The notes beneath the pieces were generated by a model. That model saw only the letters and a program-made list of their open reading frames with translations, did not search any database and was not told the origin of the DNA. 64,000 bases of DNA from the NCBI GenBank assembly GCA_041659805.1, contig JBAZXP010000001.1:256589-320588 (forward strand), given 5' to 3'. A program made the position numbers and the translations under genes. Shown here piece after piece: positions 1 through 9,707 of the stretch; positions within the stretch are counted from its first letter, which is position 1; each line of letters begins with the position of its first letter. This DNA is from Microgenomates group bacterium (lineage in GTDB: Bacteria > Patescibacteriota > Microgenomatia > Daviesbacterales > UBA10151).

Positions 1-1
1 T

Positions 2-367
2 AGGGCCGGAGGGACATGGGAGTTAACTAAAAATTCAGAAAATGCTGCTTCCCGTGAGCTGGTAATTGAACAATGTGGTAATTGCCCTTCAGGAAGATTG
101 GTTGCCTGGGATAAAAAAACAGGAAAAGCAATTGAGCCGAAATTTAAAATGGAAATTAGTTTAATTGAAGATGCTTCGTCAAAAGTCAGTGGTCCGGTTT
201 GGGTAAAAGGAGGGGTGCAGGTGGAATTGGAAAACGGAGACAAGTATGAAATCAGAAACAGGCAAACCCTGTGCCGTTGCGGCAAATCCAAAAACAAACC
301 TTTTTGTGATGGTTCACACATTGATTGTGAGTTTAATGACGGGGATAAAAGCATAAATTCTAAATAA
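2..367 (+). CDS. CDGSH iron-sulfur domain protein, 5' end truncated by the window edge. The reading frame is open from base 2.
   Basis: The C-terminal motif CRCGKSKNKPFCDGSH is a CDGSH-type zinc finger. No stop occurs in frame between position 2 and the annotated ATG at 98. Confidence 0.6.
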   Translation, partial: RAGGTWELTKNSENAASRELVIEQCGNCPSGRLVAWDKKTGKAIEPKFKMEISLIEDASSKVSGPVWVKGGVQVELENGDKYEIRNRQTLCRCGKSKNKPFCDGSHIDCEFNDGDKSINSK

Positions 368-510
368 TGATCATAAGAATCAAAGAAGGTTTCAGGGTGA
401 TTTCTGAAAAAACTGGCAGGAATTTTGGGACTTATAAAAAACTGGAGGACGCCAAGAAAAGATTGAGACAAATTGAATTTTTTAAACATTTACGTGGCGG
501 AAGAAATTAG
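367..510 (+). CDS. Small basic 47-aa ORF (MIIRIKEGFRVISEKTGRNFGTYKKLEDAKKRLRQIEFFKHLRGGRN). Its start overlaps the stop of the upstream CDGSH gene as TAATG.
   Basis: The open frame is below the 60-aa cut-off of the ORF track. The stop/start overlap suggests translational coupling. No homology was recognised. Confidence 0.25.
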   Translation: MIIRIKEGFRVISEKTGRNFGTYKKLEDAKKRLRQIEFFKHLRGGRN

Positions 511-525
511 TTAGTATTAACAATT

Positions 526-1194
526 ATGGTCGATACAACAGCAGAAACTTCCTTAGGGTCATTTCAAATACAAGAATGGAGTCAGCGGACTCGCTCGGAA
601 ATTTATTTAGATGAAAAGGCAGGGATAATCCGCAAAAAGATAAACTATTTGGAAGGCTTTAATTATGGCTTAACTCATGTTCCTGAAGCTGAAGATTATA
701 AAGAAAGAGTAGGTTGGGCAATTGAAGTGTTGGAGGATGAAGCGTTCGGATTAAAAGAGTTTTTGCCAAAATCTGAACTAATAATTGAAGAGGATCTAAA
801 AGGGGAGAGTTGCTATATAGATTCCAAATATATAAAAGGGGAAAGATTAGAAGACATTGTGGATCCTAACGAAGCAGTTGTTTCCCAATTGGTCGAATTT
901 TTAACTAGATGTATAAAAATGGCAGAAATTACAAAAAAATCAGATATGATTATTTTGCCTGATTTATTGGGTGGAGTAGAAAAACCAAATCCTGAATTCA
1001 GAAATTTTATTGTGGAAGAGGAAACTGATAAATTATTTTTTGTTGATTTTTATCCATTGGCGATATTGGGAACAGGCATATCTGCTTGGGGTAAAAGAAG
1101 AAAATACAGGCAGAATTTAGAAAACGCAGCTAAAAAAATGGGAGATGATCGGGTATTCCATAGAGCTCATGCATTAAATGAAATTCTTAAATAA
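526..1194 (+). CDS. Hypothetical protein (222 aa). It is convergent with sbcC.
   Basis: Long ORF with no recognised motifs. Only 1 nt separates its stop from the sbcC stop. Confidence 0.45.
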   Translation: MVDTTAETSLGSFQIQEWSQRTRSEIYLDEKAGIIRKKINYLEGFNYGLTHVPEAEDYKERVGWAIEVLEDEAFGLKEFLPKSELIIEEDLKGESCYIDSKYIKGERLEDIVDPNEAVVSQLVEFLTRCIKMAEITKKSDMIILPDLLGGVEKPNPEFRNFIVEEETDKLFFVDFYPLAILGTGISAWGKRRKYRQNLENAAKKMGDDRVFHRAHALNEILK

Positions 1195-1195
1195 C

Positions 1196-3355
1196 TTATA
1201 TCCCGATTACTTTGAACGTTGAACCAGTTGCTCCTTTTGAAACTTCAATTCTGGTTGGGAATTCTTCTTTTAATTCTTCCAAATGAGTAATAACTAATAT
1301 TTTTTCAAAATCATTTTTGATGGCATCAAGTGCTTCAACTATTCTGGCTCTGCCCTGGGCATCTTGCGTTCCGAAACCCTCATCTACTACTAAGAATTGA
1401 AGTTTGGCTCCGGCTCTGTGGGTCAGTAACTTTGACAGGGCTAATCTTACAGTAAAATTGACCCGGAATTGTTCACCGCCCGAGTATGCTTCATATGGTC
1501 TTTCTCCCATTTCATCCGAAATAATTATATCCAAAGTTTCAACGATTCCTTTTTCTCCTCCTGAAACTTTGGTTTTGGTCTCCCTTTGAGTTTCTAATCT
1601 GATTTTCATTCTTCCGTCGGATAGCTTATCTAACAACTTGTTTGCTTCGTCCTCTATTTCAGGAATGGCATTTTCAATAATCATGGCTTGAATACCTTTT
1701 TTTCCAAAAGCTAAAGCCAATTCTTCATATGAAGCTTTTTCAGCTTTTAAAGACGCCTTTTCATCCATTTTTATTTTTTGAGTTTTTTCCAGTTGAGCAG
1801 TTCTAGATATCAATTCATTAATTTGACCCAAAACTCCGTTGGCTTCTTTTTCTTCCTGTCTTTTTACATTAAGCAAATTTTCAATTTCTGTAATTTTCTT
1901 ATTTATTTCTGATAACTGGTTAGATAAATCAGGATATTTTTCTATTTCTGTTTGTTGCTCTGTAACCTGTTTATTTTTATTTGCATAAAGTGTTCGCATC
2001 TCTAAAACTACTTTTTGCTCTGATTCTAATGTTGCCTGTAAACTGACCTTTAATTCTTTTTGTTGTTGCAGTTTTTCCAAATCTAACAGTTTGGTAGTAA
2101 CCTGTAAATATTTTCCGGAATCAAAATCTGAAATTTTAATTGATTGTTCCAACGTTTCTTTTTCTTTTTCCTCTTCCTGAAAATTAATTTTTGCTAAGTC
2201 TTTTTTAAAATTTTCAATTTGATTTAAAAGCTCGTTTTTAACATGATCTTTTTCTAATTTTCCAATTTCCTGACCACAAGTGGGGCACTTCGCTCCTGTT
2301 TTTTCACTTTCGCTTAACTTAGAGTTTAGTTTATTAATTTCATTAGTAAATTGTTCTGTTTGTTGCTTTTTTAAATTGATATTTCCTTGTAAAACTGATA
2401 GCTTTTTTTCCAGCTCCAGTTTTTCTTCTTTTGCTTTTTCCTGTTTTGATTTTTCAGTTTCTAAATTTTTCTTTTCAACCAGCTGAAGATCAACATCTTT
2501 TAGGGTTTCCAGTTGTTTTGTAATTTGATCAATTTTTTCTTTTCTCATCTTTCCCTGATAAATAATTTCATCTAGTTCTTTTTTGTTAGACAAATAATTT
2601 TGTTCAAGCTTTACTCTTTGTTCTGATGCTAAATTTAAGGTTTCTTTCTGCGATCTTTTTGTTTTTAACTTTTCATCCAACTCTTTAATATCAGATTCCA
2701 GTTTTAAAATAACTTCTTCAGCTGTTTTTTTCTTTTCTGTTCTTTCTTCTTTTTGGGTCAGTTCTGCTTCTATTTCCAAAACCTGATATTCCAAACGCTG
2801 CAGAGTTACCTGAATGTCTTTTACTTTTTCCTTAACTTTTTCTTCCAACACGTCATAGTGGGCAAGACCTAAAATATCTGCCAGAATTCTTTTTCTGTCA
2901 CTGGGTCCTTTAGTGGTAAATTCATCAGCATGTCCCTGACGTAAAAACGCAGAGTTAGTAAAAGTTTCATAAGTTAAGTGTAGGGTATCAATTATTTTTT
3001 GCTGAGTTGCTTTGATGGTTCCTTCAGTTAAATTATGTGTGCCTGATAAAAATTCAAGAGAAGTTGAACCGCCGCTTTTGGTGTTTCTTGAACGCTTAAT
3101 AGTAAAAATATTTCCATCAAGTTCAAAAGATAATTCAACAGTCATCAATTGCTGTCCTGAATGAACTAATGCGTCAGCGTTATCACCTAAGCGGGAAGTA
3201 CCCCAAATACACCAGGTGATTGAATCAAGAAGAGATGATTTACCTGCACCATTTGATCCCGAAATTGCAGCCAGATGAAATTTGGTAAAATCAAGTTCAG
3301 GTACATCGGTACCGTAAGAAGTAAAGTTTGATAATTTTAATTTAGTCGGAATCAT
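1196..3355 (-). CDS. sbcC: SbcC/Rad50-family double-strand-break repair ATPase, a compact 719-aa form.
   Basis: Walker A motif GSNGAGKSSLLDSITW, a long coiled-coil, a CPTCGQ zinc-hook, an ABC signature SGGE and a Walker B motif LVVDEGFG. It lies immediately downstream of sbcD. Confidence 0.85.
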   Translation of the reverse strand: MIPTKLKLSNFTSYGTDVPELDFTKFHLAAISGSNGAGKSSLLDSITWCIWGTSRLGDNADALVHSGQQLMTVELSFELDGNIFTIKRSRNTKSGGSTSLEFLSGTHNLTEGTIKATQQKIIDTLHLTYETFTNSAFLRQGHADEFTTKGPSDRKRILADILGLAHYDVLEEKVKEKVKDIQVTLQRLEYQVLEIEAELTQKEERTEKKKTAEEVILKLESDIKELDEKLKTKRSQKETLNLASEQRVKLEQNYLSNKKELDEIIYQGKMRKEKIDQITKQLETLKDVDLQLVEKKNLETEKSKQEKAKEEKLELEKKLSVLQGNINLKKQQTEQFTNEINKLNSKLSESEKTGAKCPTCGQEIGKLEKDHVKNELLNQIENFKKDLAKINFQEEEKEKETLEQSIKISDFDSGKYLQVTTKLLDLEKLQQQKELKVSLQATLESEQKVVLEMRTLYANKNKQVTEQQTEIEKYPDLSNQLSEINKKITEIENLLNVKRQEEKEANGVLGQINELISRTAQLEKTQKIKMDEKASLKAEKASYEELALAFGKKGIQAMIIENAIPEIEDEANKLLDKLSDGRMKIRLETQRETKTKVSGGEKGIVETLDIIISDEMGERPYEAYSGGEQFRVNFTVRLALSKLLTHRAGAKLQFLVVDEGFGTQDAQGRARIVEALDAIKNDFEKILVITHLEELKEEFPTRIEVSKGATGSTFKVIGI

Positions 3356-4510
3356 TTAACTTTCTAAAATCGTTGCTGCCAGTGATTCTAACTGTTTTAT
3401 TTTTTCAGGACTATATTGCTTGCTTTTAAAATATGTATGTAAGGCTTCTAAGGGGGAAAGTCTTTCTACTTCAACTTGGTTTTCCAGTTTTATTCTTTCT
3501 TTTCTTTCAACATTTCTGGAGATTCCGGCAATAGTAAAAGCAGAAGATAGGGCTTTTTTGATTTTATCCATTTCAATTTCTTTATCTAACTCTGCCGGGA
3601 TATTAATTACTACTTTGACGATTGCATCATCAATTGTATGTTTTTTAATTTCTTTTAAAATTGTTTCTGTTGGATCAATGTCGTCACCCTTAAGGTCAAC
3701 TTCAATGTTTAAAAAATTACGACAATTTGTTGGGACTAATTTAAAAGTGGCTTTTTTAGGAGAGGGGATATCTATCATGATAAAACCTTTTTCTTCTTTT
3801 GCTTCTCCGAAATCAATTCGCTCAGGTGAACCGGCATAAATTACAGGTGGATCAGCATTTAATATTTGATGTTTATGAATGTGGCCCAAAGCCACATAAG
3901 ATAATCTTCTGTCTGTTAAAAGTGATACGGGAACTGTGACATCAGTTCCTATAGCCAAGCCTTTCTCAGACCCCATCGAGGATCCTTCAACTTCCAAATG
4001 TCCTACAACAACAGCGGGGATGTTTGCATCAATTTTTTCATAAAAAGATAATAACTTTTCTCCCAAATCTTTAAACTCAGATTTATGTAACCAGGGGGCA
4101 GTGATAACCTGCAAGATTCCTGATTTAGTAGGGATTTTTAAGAATTCCGGTTTTCTGGAAACCCAAACATTATCAATTTCCAAAGCAGAATAAATATCCA
4201 AAGTATTAGCTTTGCCTTCGGCGTTCGGGGTATCGTGATTTCCCACTACTAAAATTACAGGAATCCCTGCTTTTGATAATTTTTTGATTCTTTCTCCAAA
4301 ACCTTTTTGTTGAGTAGGAGAAGGGTCTCTGGTTTTATAGGCATCTCCCGCCAGTAAAAATGCATCAACCCCCTCAGAAATAGCAGTATCAACCATCAAA
4401 TCAAAAGTGTTAAAAAAATCAATTAATCTACTATCTAAACCAGTTTCAGGATCTAATTTGGAGTAGTTGCTCATACCAATATGCAGGTCCCCTGTATGAA
4501 GTAGTCTCAT
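3356..4510 (-). CDS. sbcD: SbcD/Mre11-family nuclease (calcineurin-like phosphoesterase).
   Basis: Starts MRLLHTGDLHIG, and contains GNHD and GHIH metallophosphatase motifs. Adjacent to sbcC in the usual sbcD-sbcC order. Confidence 0.85.
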   Translation of the reverse strand: MRLLHTGDLHIGMSNYSKLDPETGLDSRLIDFFNTFDLMVDTAISEGVDAFLLAGDAYKTRDPSPTQQKGFGERIKKLSKAGIPVILVVGNHDTPNAEGKANTLDIYSALEIDNVWVSRKPEFLKIPTKSGILQVITAPWLHKSEFKDLGEKLLSFYEKIDANIPAVVVGHLEVEGSSMGSEKGLAIGTDVTVPVSLLTDRRLSYVALGHIHKHQILNADPPVIYAGSPERIDFGEAKEEKGFIMIDIPSPKKATFKLVPTNCRNFLNIEVDLKGDDIDPTETILKEIKKHTIDDAIVKVVINIPAELDKEIEMDKIKKALSSAFTIAGISRNVERKERIKLENQVEVERLSPLEALHTYFKSKQYSPEKIKQLESLAATILES

Positions 4511-4578
4511 GGGTAGGATTGTATCATCAGTAAGTTTCGTTAACCAGTGAGAAATTTTTGATATAATCTTTACCAGTT

Positions 4579-5358
4579 ATGACTAATTTTGAATTTTTGC
4601 AAAAATACCAGCAGATGCAAAATGGTGTTATGTATGATGAAATTAAAGATTTTGGTTTTGCCCAGGTAGGATATTGTAAAGGTGATGATTCTTCTTTTTG
4701 GAATTTAGCTCTTGTGGATAAGTTATTAACACCTGAAGAGCTCCTGAAAATTGAGGAGTATCTAACTTCTTTAAACCGTAAACCAGCTTTATATTTTGAG
4801 AAACGGGATGAACTTGAGACATTAGTCGATTTTCTGAAAGATAAAAAATATCAATGGGATTATTCTGATTCCTGGTTATTTTATACGGGTAGTCCGATAG
4901 AAACTAACCGTTTTAATCAGGTAAAGAAAGTGGAGACTGAAGAAGAGCTGGAAGTATTCATAAAAACATTTGATGATTGTTATCAAGAAAACGACCCCCA
5001 AAACCCTTATGGAAAATTAGGTGATTATCTAGAAGTTGCCAAAAATTCATGGTTAAAGCATCATGCGAATAATAGATTGGAATATTTTGTTGCTTACAAG
5101 GAAAATCAACCAGTTGCAGTAGGTTCATTAAATAATTATTCTGGGATAGGATATATTTCTAATGTTGGTTCCTTGCCTGAAGTTAGAGGTGGGGGTTTTG
5201 GAAAACTGGTCACACTTTATATGGTTGAGCAATCAAAAAAGAAAGGGAATACAGAACATGTATTATCAACTGAAGAAGGACATTTTCCTCATGAGTTTTA
5301 TCAAAGAATAGGTTTTAAACCGCGTTTTGTAGCGACAGGTTATGTTAAAAATGAATAA
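4579..5358 (+). CDS. GNAT-family N-acetyltransferase-like protein with two domains.
   Basis: The C-terminal region VAVGSL...GIGYISNVGSLPEVRGGGFGKLV...RIGFK resembles a GNAT acetyl-CoA binding fold. Confidence 0.45.
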   Translation: MTNFEFLQKYQQMQNGVMYDEIKDFGFAQVGYCKGDDSSFWNLALVDKLLTPEELLKIEEYLTSLNRKPALYFEKRDELETLVDFLKDKKYQWDYSDSWLFYTGSPIETNRFNQVKKVETEEELEVFIKTFDDCYQENDPQNPYGKLGDYLEVAKNSWLKHHANNRLEYFVAYKENQPVAVGSLNNYSGIGYISNVGSLPEVRGGGFGKLVTLYMVEQSKKKGNTEHVLSTEEGHFPHEFYQRIGFKPRFVATGYVKNE

Positions 5359-5806
5359 ATTAAAAGCAGGGGTGGATTATATTGCTGTTTCAGTTTCTTT
5401 TTATTGTCACAATGATGATGGGATATTTGTACTACATAAAAGAAGCGATAAATGCAGGGATGAGATTGGAGCTTGGGATTTTGGGGGAGGGAAGTTGGAA
5501 TTTGGTGAAGACCCGGAAACAGGGGTTTTAAGGGAAGTACTAGAAGAATATGGAGTTGAAGGAGAAATTGTAGAACAATTACCAGCCCATTCAATTATCC
5601 GTGAGCAAAAAGGAATTAAAACTCACTGGGTCGTGATTCCGTTTTTTATTAAAGTTGATCTGACTAAAATAAAAAATGCTGATCCGGAAAAAATTGCAGA
5701 AATAGAATTTTTCGAACTGGATAATTTACCCCAACCAATGCACACAGGCGCTGCCCACACCATGAAAAAATTTAAAAAACATTTTGAAAAATACAAAAAA
5801 GCCTAA
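5342..5806 (+). CDS. NUDIX hydrolase.
   Basis: Nudix box GGGKLEFGEDPETGVLREVLEEYGVEGE (GX5EX7REUXEEXGU pattern). Confidence 0.7.
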   Translation: MLKMNKLKAGVDYIAVSVSFYCHNDDGIFVLHKRSDKCRDEIGAWDFGGGKLEFGEDPETGVLREVLEEYGVEGEIVEQLPAHSIIREQKGIKTHWVVIPFFIKVDLTKIKNADPEKIAEIEFFELDNLPQPMHTGAAHTMKKFKKHFEKYKKA

Positions 5807-5814
5807 GTTGTTAG

Positions 5815-6711
5815 TTGACAGTTAATATGGGAAAAGGGACAATTTATTTAATGTCCAAACAAGCTGGTGTTGCTCCTATTGCCATTATAATTGCTGTGGT
5901 TGTAGTTCTTTTAGCTGGTGGTGGATATTTTTTAGCTTCTAAAAGCGGTTCTCTCCCTTCATCTGTTCCAGGTTTACCTGGAGGTATTAGTTTAAACCCT
6001 GATTGTAAACATAATGATCCAGATCTTTGTAAGTTTTTAAACAATGCGAACTCAATTAAAGACTACTCTATAAAGGGTGTTTATACTGCTCCTCAGGTAA
6101 AGTCAGAAAGTTTATTTGAGATTTCCGGTGAAGATAAATTTCACATGGTTACCTCAGAAAACGGCAAAGAATCATATAATGTGATAACTCTTGGAGATAC
6201 AACTTATACCAAAGATTATATCGATAATAAATGGTGGAAACAAAAAGCTACGAAACAGGTGGAAGATATCAAAAATCAGTCTGAATTTAAAGTTACAACA
6301 GATAGTAAACCAGAAGAAGATAAAACTACCTACAAATCCATGGGTAAAGAAGCTTGTGGCTCTAAACAATGTTTTAAATACCAACAAATCAATCCGGATA
6401 TGAAAGATGCAGTAGAATATATTTGGTTTGATGATAAAGAATATTTAGTAAGGAGACAAAGAGTTGAAGCAGCAGGAACAGTTTCTGAATCAGAATTTTC
6501 CTACGGAAAAATATCTATCAATGAACCATCTCCTGTAAAAGAGGGCAGCTCGGAATCAGCTGCTTTTCCATCAGGGATAACTCCGGGTTTTTCCAAGGAA
6601 GAGTTAAAAGTTATTCAGGAGGAAAGTCAAAAAACAATTGATTCTCAGCCAGTAGATTATACGATTCAACCAATTATTGATTCTGTGCAATCAGATACGT
6701 CACAAGAATAA
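5815..6711 (+). CDS. Membrane-anchored secreted hypothetical protein.
   Basis: N-terminal anchor AGVAPIAIIIAVVVVLLAGGGYFL followed by a hydrophilic domain. The same anchor pattern recurs elsewhere in the window. Confidence 0.5.
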   Translation: MTVNMGKGTIYLMSKQAGVAPIAIIIAVVVVLLAGGGYFLASKSGSLPSSVPGLPGGISLNPDCKHNDPDLCKFLNNANSIKDYSIKGVYTAPQVKSESLFEISGEDKFHMVTSENGKESYNVITLGDTTYTKDYIDNKWWKQKATKQVEDIKNQSEFKVTTDSKPEEDKTTYKSMGKEACGSKQCFKYQQINPDMKDAVEYIWFDDKEYLVRRQRVEAAGTVSESEFSYGKISINEPSPVKEGSSESAAFPSGITPGFSKEELKVIQEESQKTIDSQPVDYTIQPIIDSVQSDTSQE

Positions 6712-6712
6712 A

Positions 6713-7219
6713 TTAGATTCTATAAAAGTTAAATTCTCCCAGTTTTTTATAGGGCTTCAATTTTTGGAAATGATAAGTTTGAGTAATAATCACAGTTCTC
6801 TTTTTTAATTCCTTCGGTAATTTTTCTTCCAGTCTTTTAACTCCTTTGGTCAAAAGATAAATATAAATAATGTTGGCGTCGGAATAGTTTCTATTAAATA
6901 TATTTCCGTGAATAAATTTTGTATTCGGTAGATTTAAACTTTTGGCTTTAAAGGTAGAATATAAAACCCGTAACCAAGATTGTTCAATACCGACTCCATT
7001 TGCTCCTAATGATGTTGCCTCATATACTACTCTGCCGTCACCTGAACCGAGCTCATAAAACTTTTTACCTTTTTTGACTCCTGCAAGTTTTAAAACTTTT
7101 CTGATATTTTTCATTTTAGTGGGAACATAGGGCGCGTCTGTTCCTGCTAGCCACGACAAAGCCAACCCGCAAAAAGGGAAAAAGAACAGACTGAAAATTA
7201 AAAGATCTGATGTGGACAT
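6713..7219 (-). CDS. Small membrane-anchored class I SAM-dependent methyltransferase-like protein.
   Basis: N-terminal transmembrane helix. ELGSGDGRVV resembles SAM-binding motif I. Confidence 0.4.
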   Translation of the reverse strand: MSTSDLLIFSLFFFPFCGLALSWLAGTDAPYVPTKMKNIRKVLKLAGVKKGKKFYELGSGDGRVVYEATSLGANGVGIEQSWLRVLYSTFKAKSLNLPNTKFIHGNIFNRNYSDANIIYIYLLTKGVKRLEEKLPKELKKRTVIITQTYHFQKLKPYKKLGEFNFYRI

Positions 7220-7222
7220 ATA

Positions 7223-8245
7223 TTAGCGTCTGATTAGCTTTAATAAAAAGACTTTTAAGGGTAACATAATATCCACAAAAGTAAAAGCCCAAAAAACAAT
7301 CGGATTAAAAATTAAATCATAAGTATCGATATATTCAACCAGCCGGGCTCCTGTACCAGATTTAAATCTGGTAAAGCCCTTGTAAGGATCAGAATCAGGT
7401 GCGTTTGGGTTTGCTGCGCCCCAAAGGTCGAAATATTTGAGTCCTAATTTTTTTCCTATCTTAATTGCTTCCCAGGCAGTTGCATTGGTTGCCATGACAT
7501 TTTTATATTCATTAGATGATCCTCCATAAGGATAATAAAGTGTGTCATGAAAGTTAACCAGCATCCAAGCATTTAACGGAATTTTATCTTTCGAATTCGG
7601 TGGAGTATAAAAGGCAATGGCAACTCTAGCTAAATCAGATTCTCTTAGAATCTGCCAAATCTCTTTGTGATAGTGAATATCATGTCCGAAGTAATTTTGA
7701 CGCTTACAGGTTTCAAAAAATAATTTTAGAAAAATATCAAAACCCTCATCATCAACTCTTTCCTCGACTTTAACATCGTGTTTTTCTGCAACTTTGATAT
7801 TGTATCTGAATTTCGGATGCATATTTTTTAGAATTTCATCATCGGATTTTGTTAAATCAATAACATAGTTATATTTTGTAAAATGAGGTTTGGGTGATTT
7901 TTTGAACTTTTTATCGACCGTTGTTCTAACTGTTGATTCAATATTCGGTTCAACTTTTATAAAAGCACAATTTTCTTCTTTGCCGATTTGAATTAAAGCT
8001 TCTGCCAGTTCTTTGCTCGGGAAAAGTCCTTTAGCCAAATATCCTACATAATAATTAATTAAAGGAATTTTATGAAAAGATAAATGAAAAGCAGTTTTGA
8101 GTTTGCCATTTTCATACAAACCGAAGCGTTTGAGTTTTGTACCTAGGTTGATACGGAACTGCCCCCATTGCCAGGACTGAACAATATGGGAAACTGCATC
8201 GTTATATTGATCTTTTTGGTCCTCAGTAATTTCTTTTAAATCCAT
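7223..8245 (-). CDS. FemAB-family peptidoglycan interpeptide-bridge aminoacyltransferase (lipid II aminoacyl transferase).
   Basis: QSWQWGQF near the N-terminus. YYPYGGSS...AWEAIKIGKKLGLKYFDLWG matches the conserved FemABX core (YxGGSS...WEAIK...YDFWG). Confidence 0.6.
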   Translation of the reverse strand: MDLKEITEDQKDQYNDAVSHIVQSWQWGQFRINLGTKLKRFGLYENGKLKTAFHLSFHKIPLINYYVGYLAKGLFPSKELAEALIQIGKEENCAFIKVEPNIESTVRTTVDKKFKKSPKPHFTKYNYVIDLTKSDDEILKNMHPKFRYNIKVAEKHDVKVEERVDDEGFDIFLKLFFETCKRQNYFGHDIHYHKEIWQILRESDLARVAIAFYTPPNSKDKIPLNAWMLVNFHDTLYYPYGGSSNEYKNVMATNATAWEAIKIGKKLGLKYFDLWGAANPNAPDSDPYKGFTRFKSGTGARLVEYIDTYDLIFNPIVFWAFTFVDIMLPLKVFLLKLIRR

Positions 8246-8322
8246 GTACTTATTATAACCGCTTTTTTAAGAGGAATTGTTATGTAAGCGAGAAGGTGCT
8301 ATTATACAGCCCATAACCTTTT

Positions 8323-8952
8323 ATGGAAATAACAACCAGAACAATTATTTTGGCAGTAGTCTCAGTAGTAATCATTGCATTAATTTTAAGTGGAGTTTTT
8401 TATCTGCTCAGAAGTTCTAAACAGTTAGCAAACACAAACAAAAATACAGGTAATCCCCTGGAAAAATTGGGTGTTATTACGGCAAGTCCCACCCCAACCT
8501 CGGTTCAATCAGGGCAAACATCTGGTGTAACCTCATCTAATAACCAACCTTCAACTGTTGCAGTCAATATTAAAACTTATCAGGGAAGCAATTTTACAAT
8601 AAAATACCCACAGAACTGGGGAATTTTAACTTGTAGCGATTCAAAAAATATTGAACTGGATCCTTATAATAGTAATGATTTAATAAATTATGCATGTGAC
8701 AGGGCAATTAAGCCAATTACAATTATAGTTGGAGATGGCTCATTAAGCTGCCCTGGTGAGGCAGTTAAAATCGGCAATAATACAGTAGTCAGATCTAAAA
8801 CAGAAACAGCTAATTGGTTTAAAAACAGATGGTGTATTAATAAAAATGGTATGAGTTTTGATATTACTAATAGGATTAATTCTAAGGGAATTGTCGGCAC
8901 AGGAAAAGATGATTTTTCTTCTGAAATAGAAAAAACAATAGGTTCTCTGTAA
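8323..8952 (+). CDS. Membrane-anchored secreted hypothetical protein.
   Basis: N-terminal transmembrane helix, a Thr/Ser-rich linker and a Cys-containing domain. Confidence 0.45.
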   Translation: MEITTRTIILAVVSVVIIALILSGVFYLLRSSKQLANTNKNTGNPLEKLGVITASPTPTSVQSGQTSGVTSSNNQPSTVAVNIKTYQGSNFTIKYPQNWGILTCSDSKNIELDPYNSNDLINYACDRAIKPITIIVGDGSLSCPGEAVKIGNNTVVRSKTETANWFKNRWCINKNGMSFDITNRINSKGIVGTGKDDFSSEIEKTIGSL

Positions 8953-8962
8953 AAGGTTAAGT

Positions 8963-9682
8963 TTAGAAGATTTGAATAGATGCTGCTTTTTTGATTTCAG
9001 CAAATTTTTGGCTAAAAATCTGATTTAGTTTTTGTGACTTTATATAATCAGTTGCTTCTTTTGTTAGCTCTGCTGGTTCTGAGGCTTGCATCTGTTCCTT
9101 ATTTTGTTCAATAAACTTAGAAATTTCATCTGCAGAAACAGAGGCTTCACTGGCGTACATTTTTTCCAATGAAAGTGAGATTTTTATTTGTTCTCTAACG
9201 CCTTTTCTTGTTTGTCCTTGTTGTTCAAGGAGTGATTCAAAGGCGGAAGCCCCACCAACTTGTTTCTCGATTTCGACAATTTTAGCGTCGATCTCTGCGT
9301 CGGTGACTTTTACTCCTTTTCTCTTAGCTTCACCTAAAATTAATTTTTCCTGAACCAACTGATCAACTGTCTGTTTTCTGAATTGGGCATCTTCTCTTTG
9401 TAGGACTTCAAGGGTGGTGATTGGGCTGCCATTAACTGTTGCTGCAACAAGCACACCCTTTTTGTAAGAGATTATTAAGGCAATAATAATAATGGCGATC
9501 GCAAGATATATAAGTTTATTCTTTTTCATTTGTGTAGGGCTGATGAGCGACTTAAGCGAAAAACCGGTAGCAGCAGAAGCATAGATTTCTTTATCTGTAA
9601 TCTCACTTTTAATAGGGGTTTTTCTGACTGTTTTTTTCTTGGTGGTTTTTGCTGTTGGCATAGAACCGATAGTAGCAAACAA
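8963..9682 (-). CDS. SurA/PrsA N-terminal-domain-like chaperone protein, membrane anchored and without a PPIase domain.
   Basis: Transmembrane helix followed by VNGSPITTLEVLQ...QLVQEKLILGEAKRKGVKVTDAEIDAKI, which resembles a SurA_N domain. Confidence 0.4.
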   Translation of the reverse strand: MFATIGSMPTAKTTKKKTVRKTPIKSEITDKEIYASAATGFSLKSLISPTQMKKNKLIYLAIAIIIIALIISYKKGVLVAATVNGSPITTLEVLQREDAQFRKQTVDQLVQEKLILGEAKRKGVKVTDAEIDAKIVEIEKQVGGASAFESLLEQQGQTRKGVREQIKISLSLEKMYASEASVSADEISKFIEQNKEQMQASEPAELTKEATDYIKSQKLNQIFSQKFAEIKKAASIQIF

Positions 9683-9707
9683 CTATACTTTTTGGCAATA
9701 GGGCAAA

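Noticed and set aside
1404-3839. Several 60-140 aa ORFs on the strand opposite sbcC/sbcD (1404..1589, 2280..2486, 3420..3839).
   Set aside because: They lie entirely within well-supported genes and have low-complexity or repetitive translations typical of antisense frames in AT-rich DNA.
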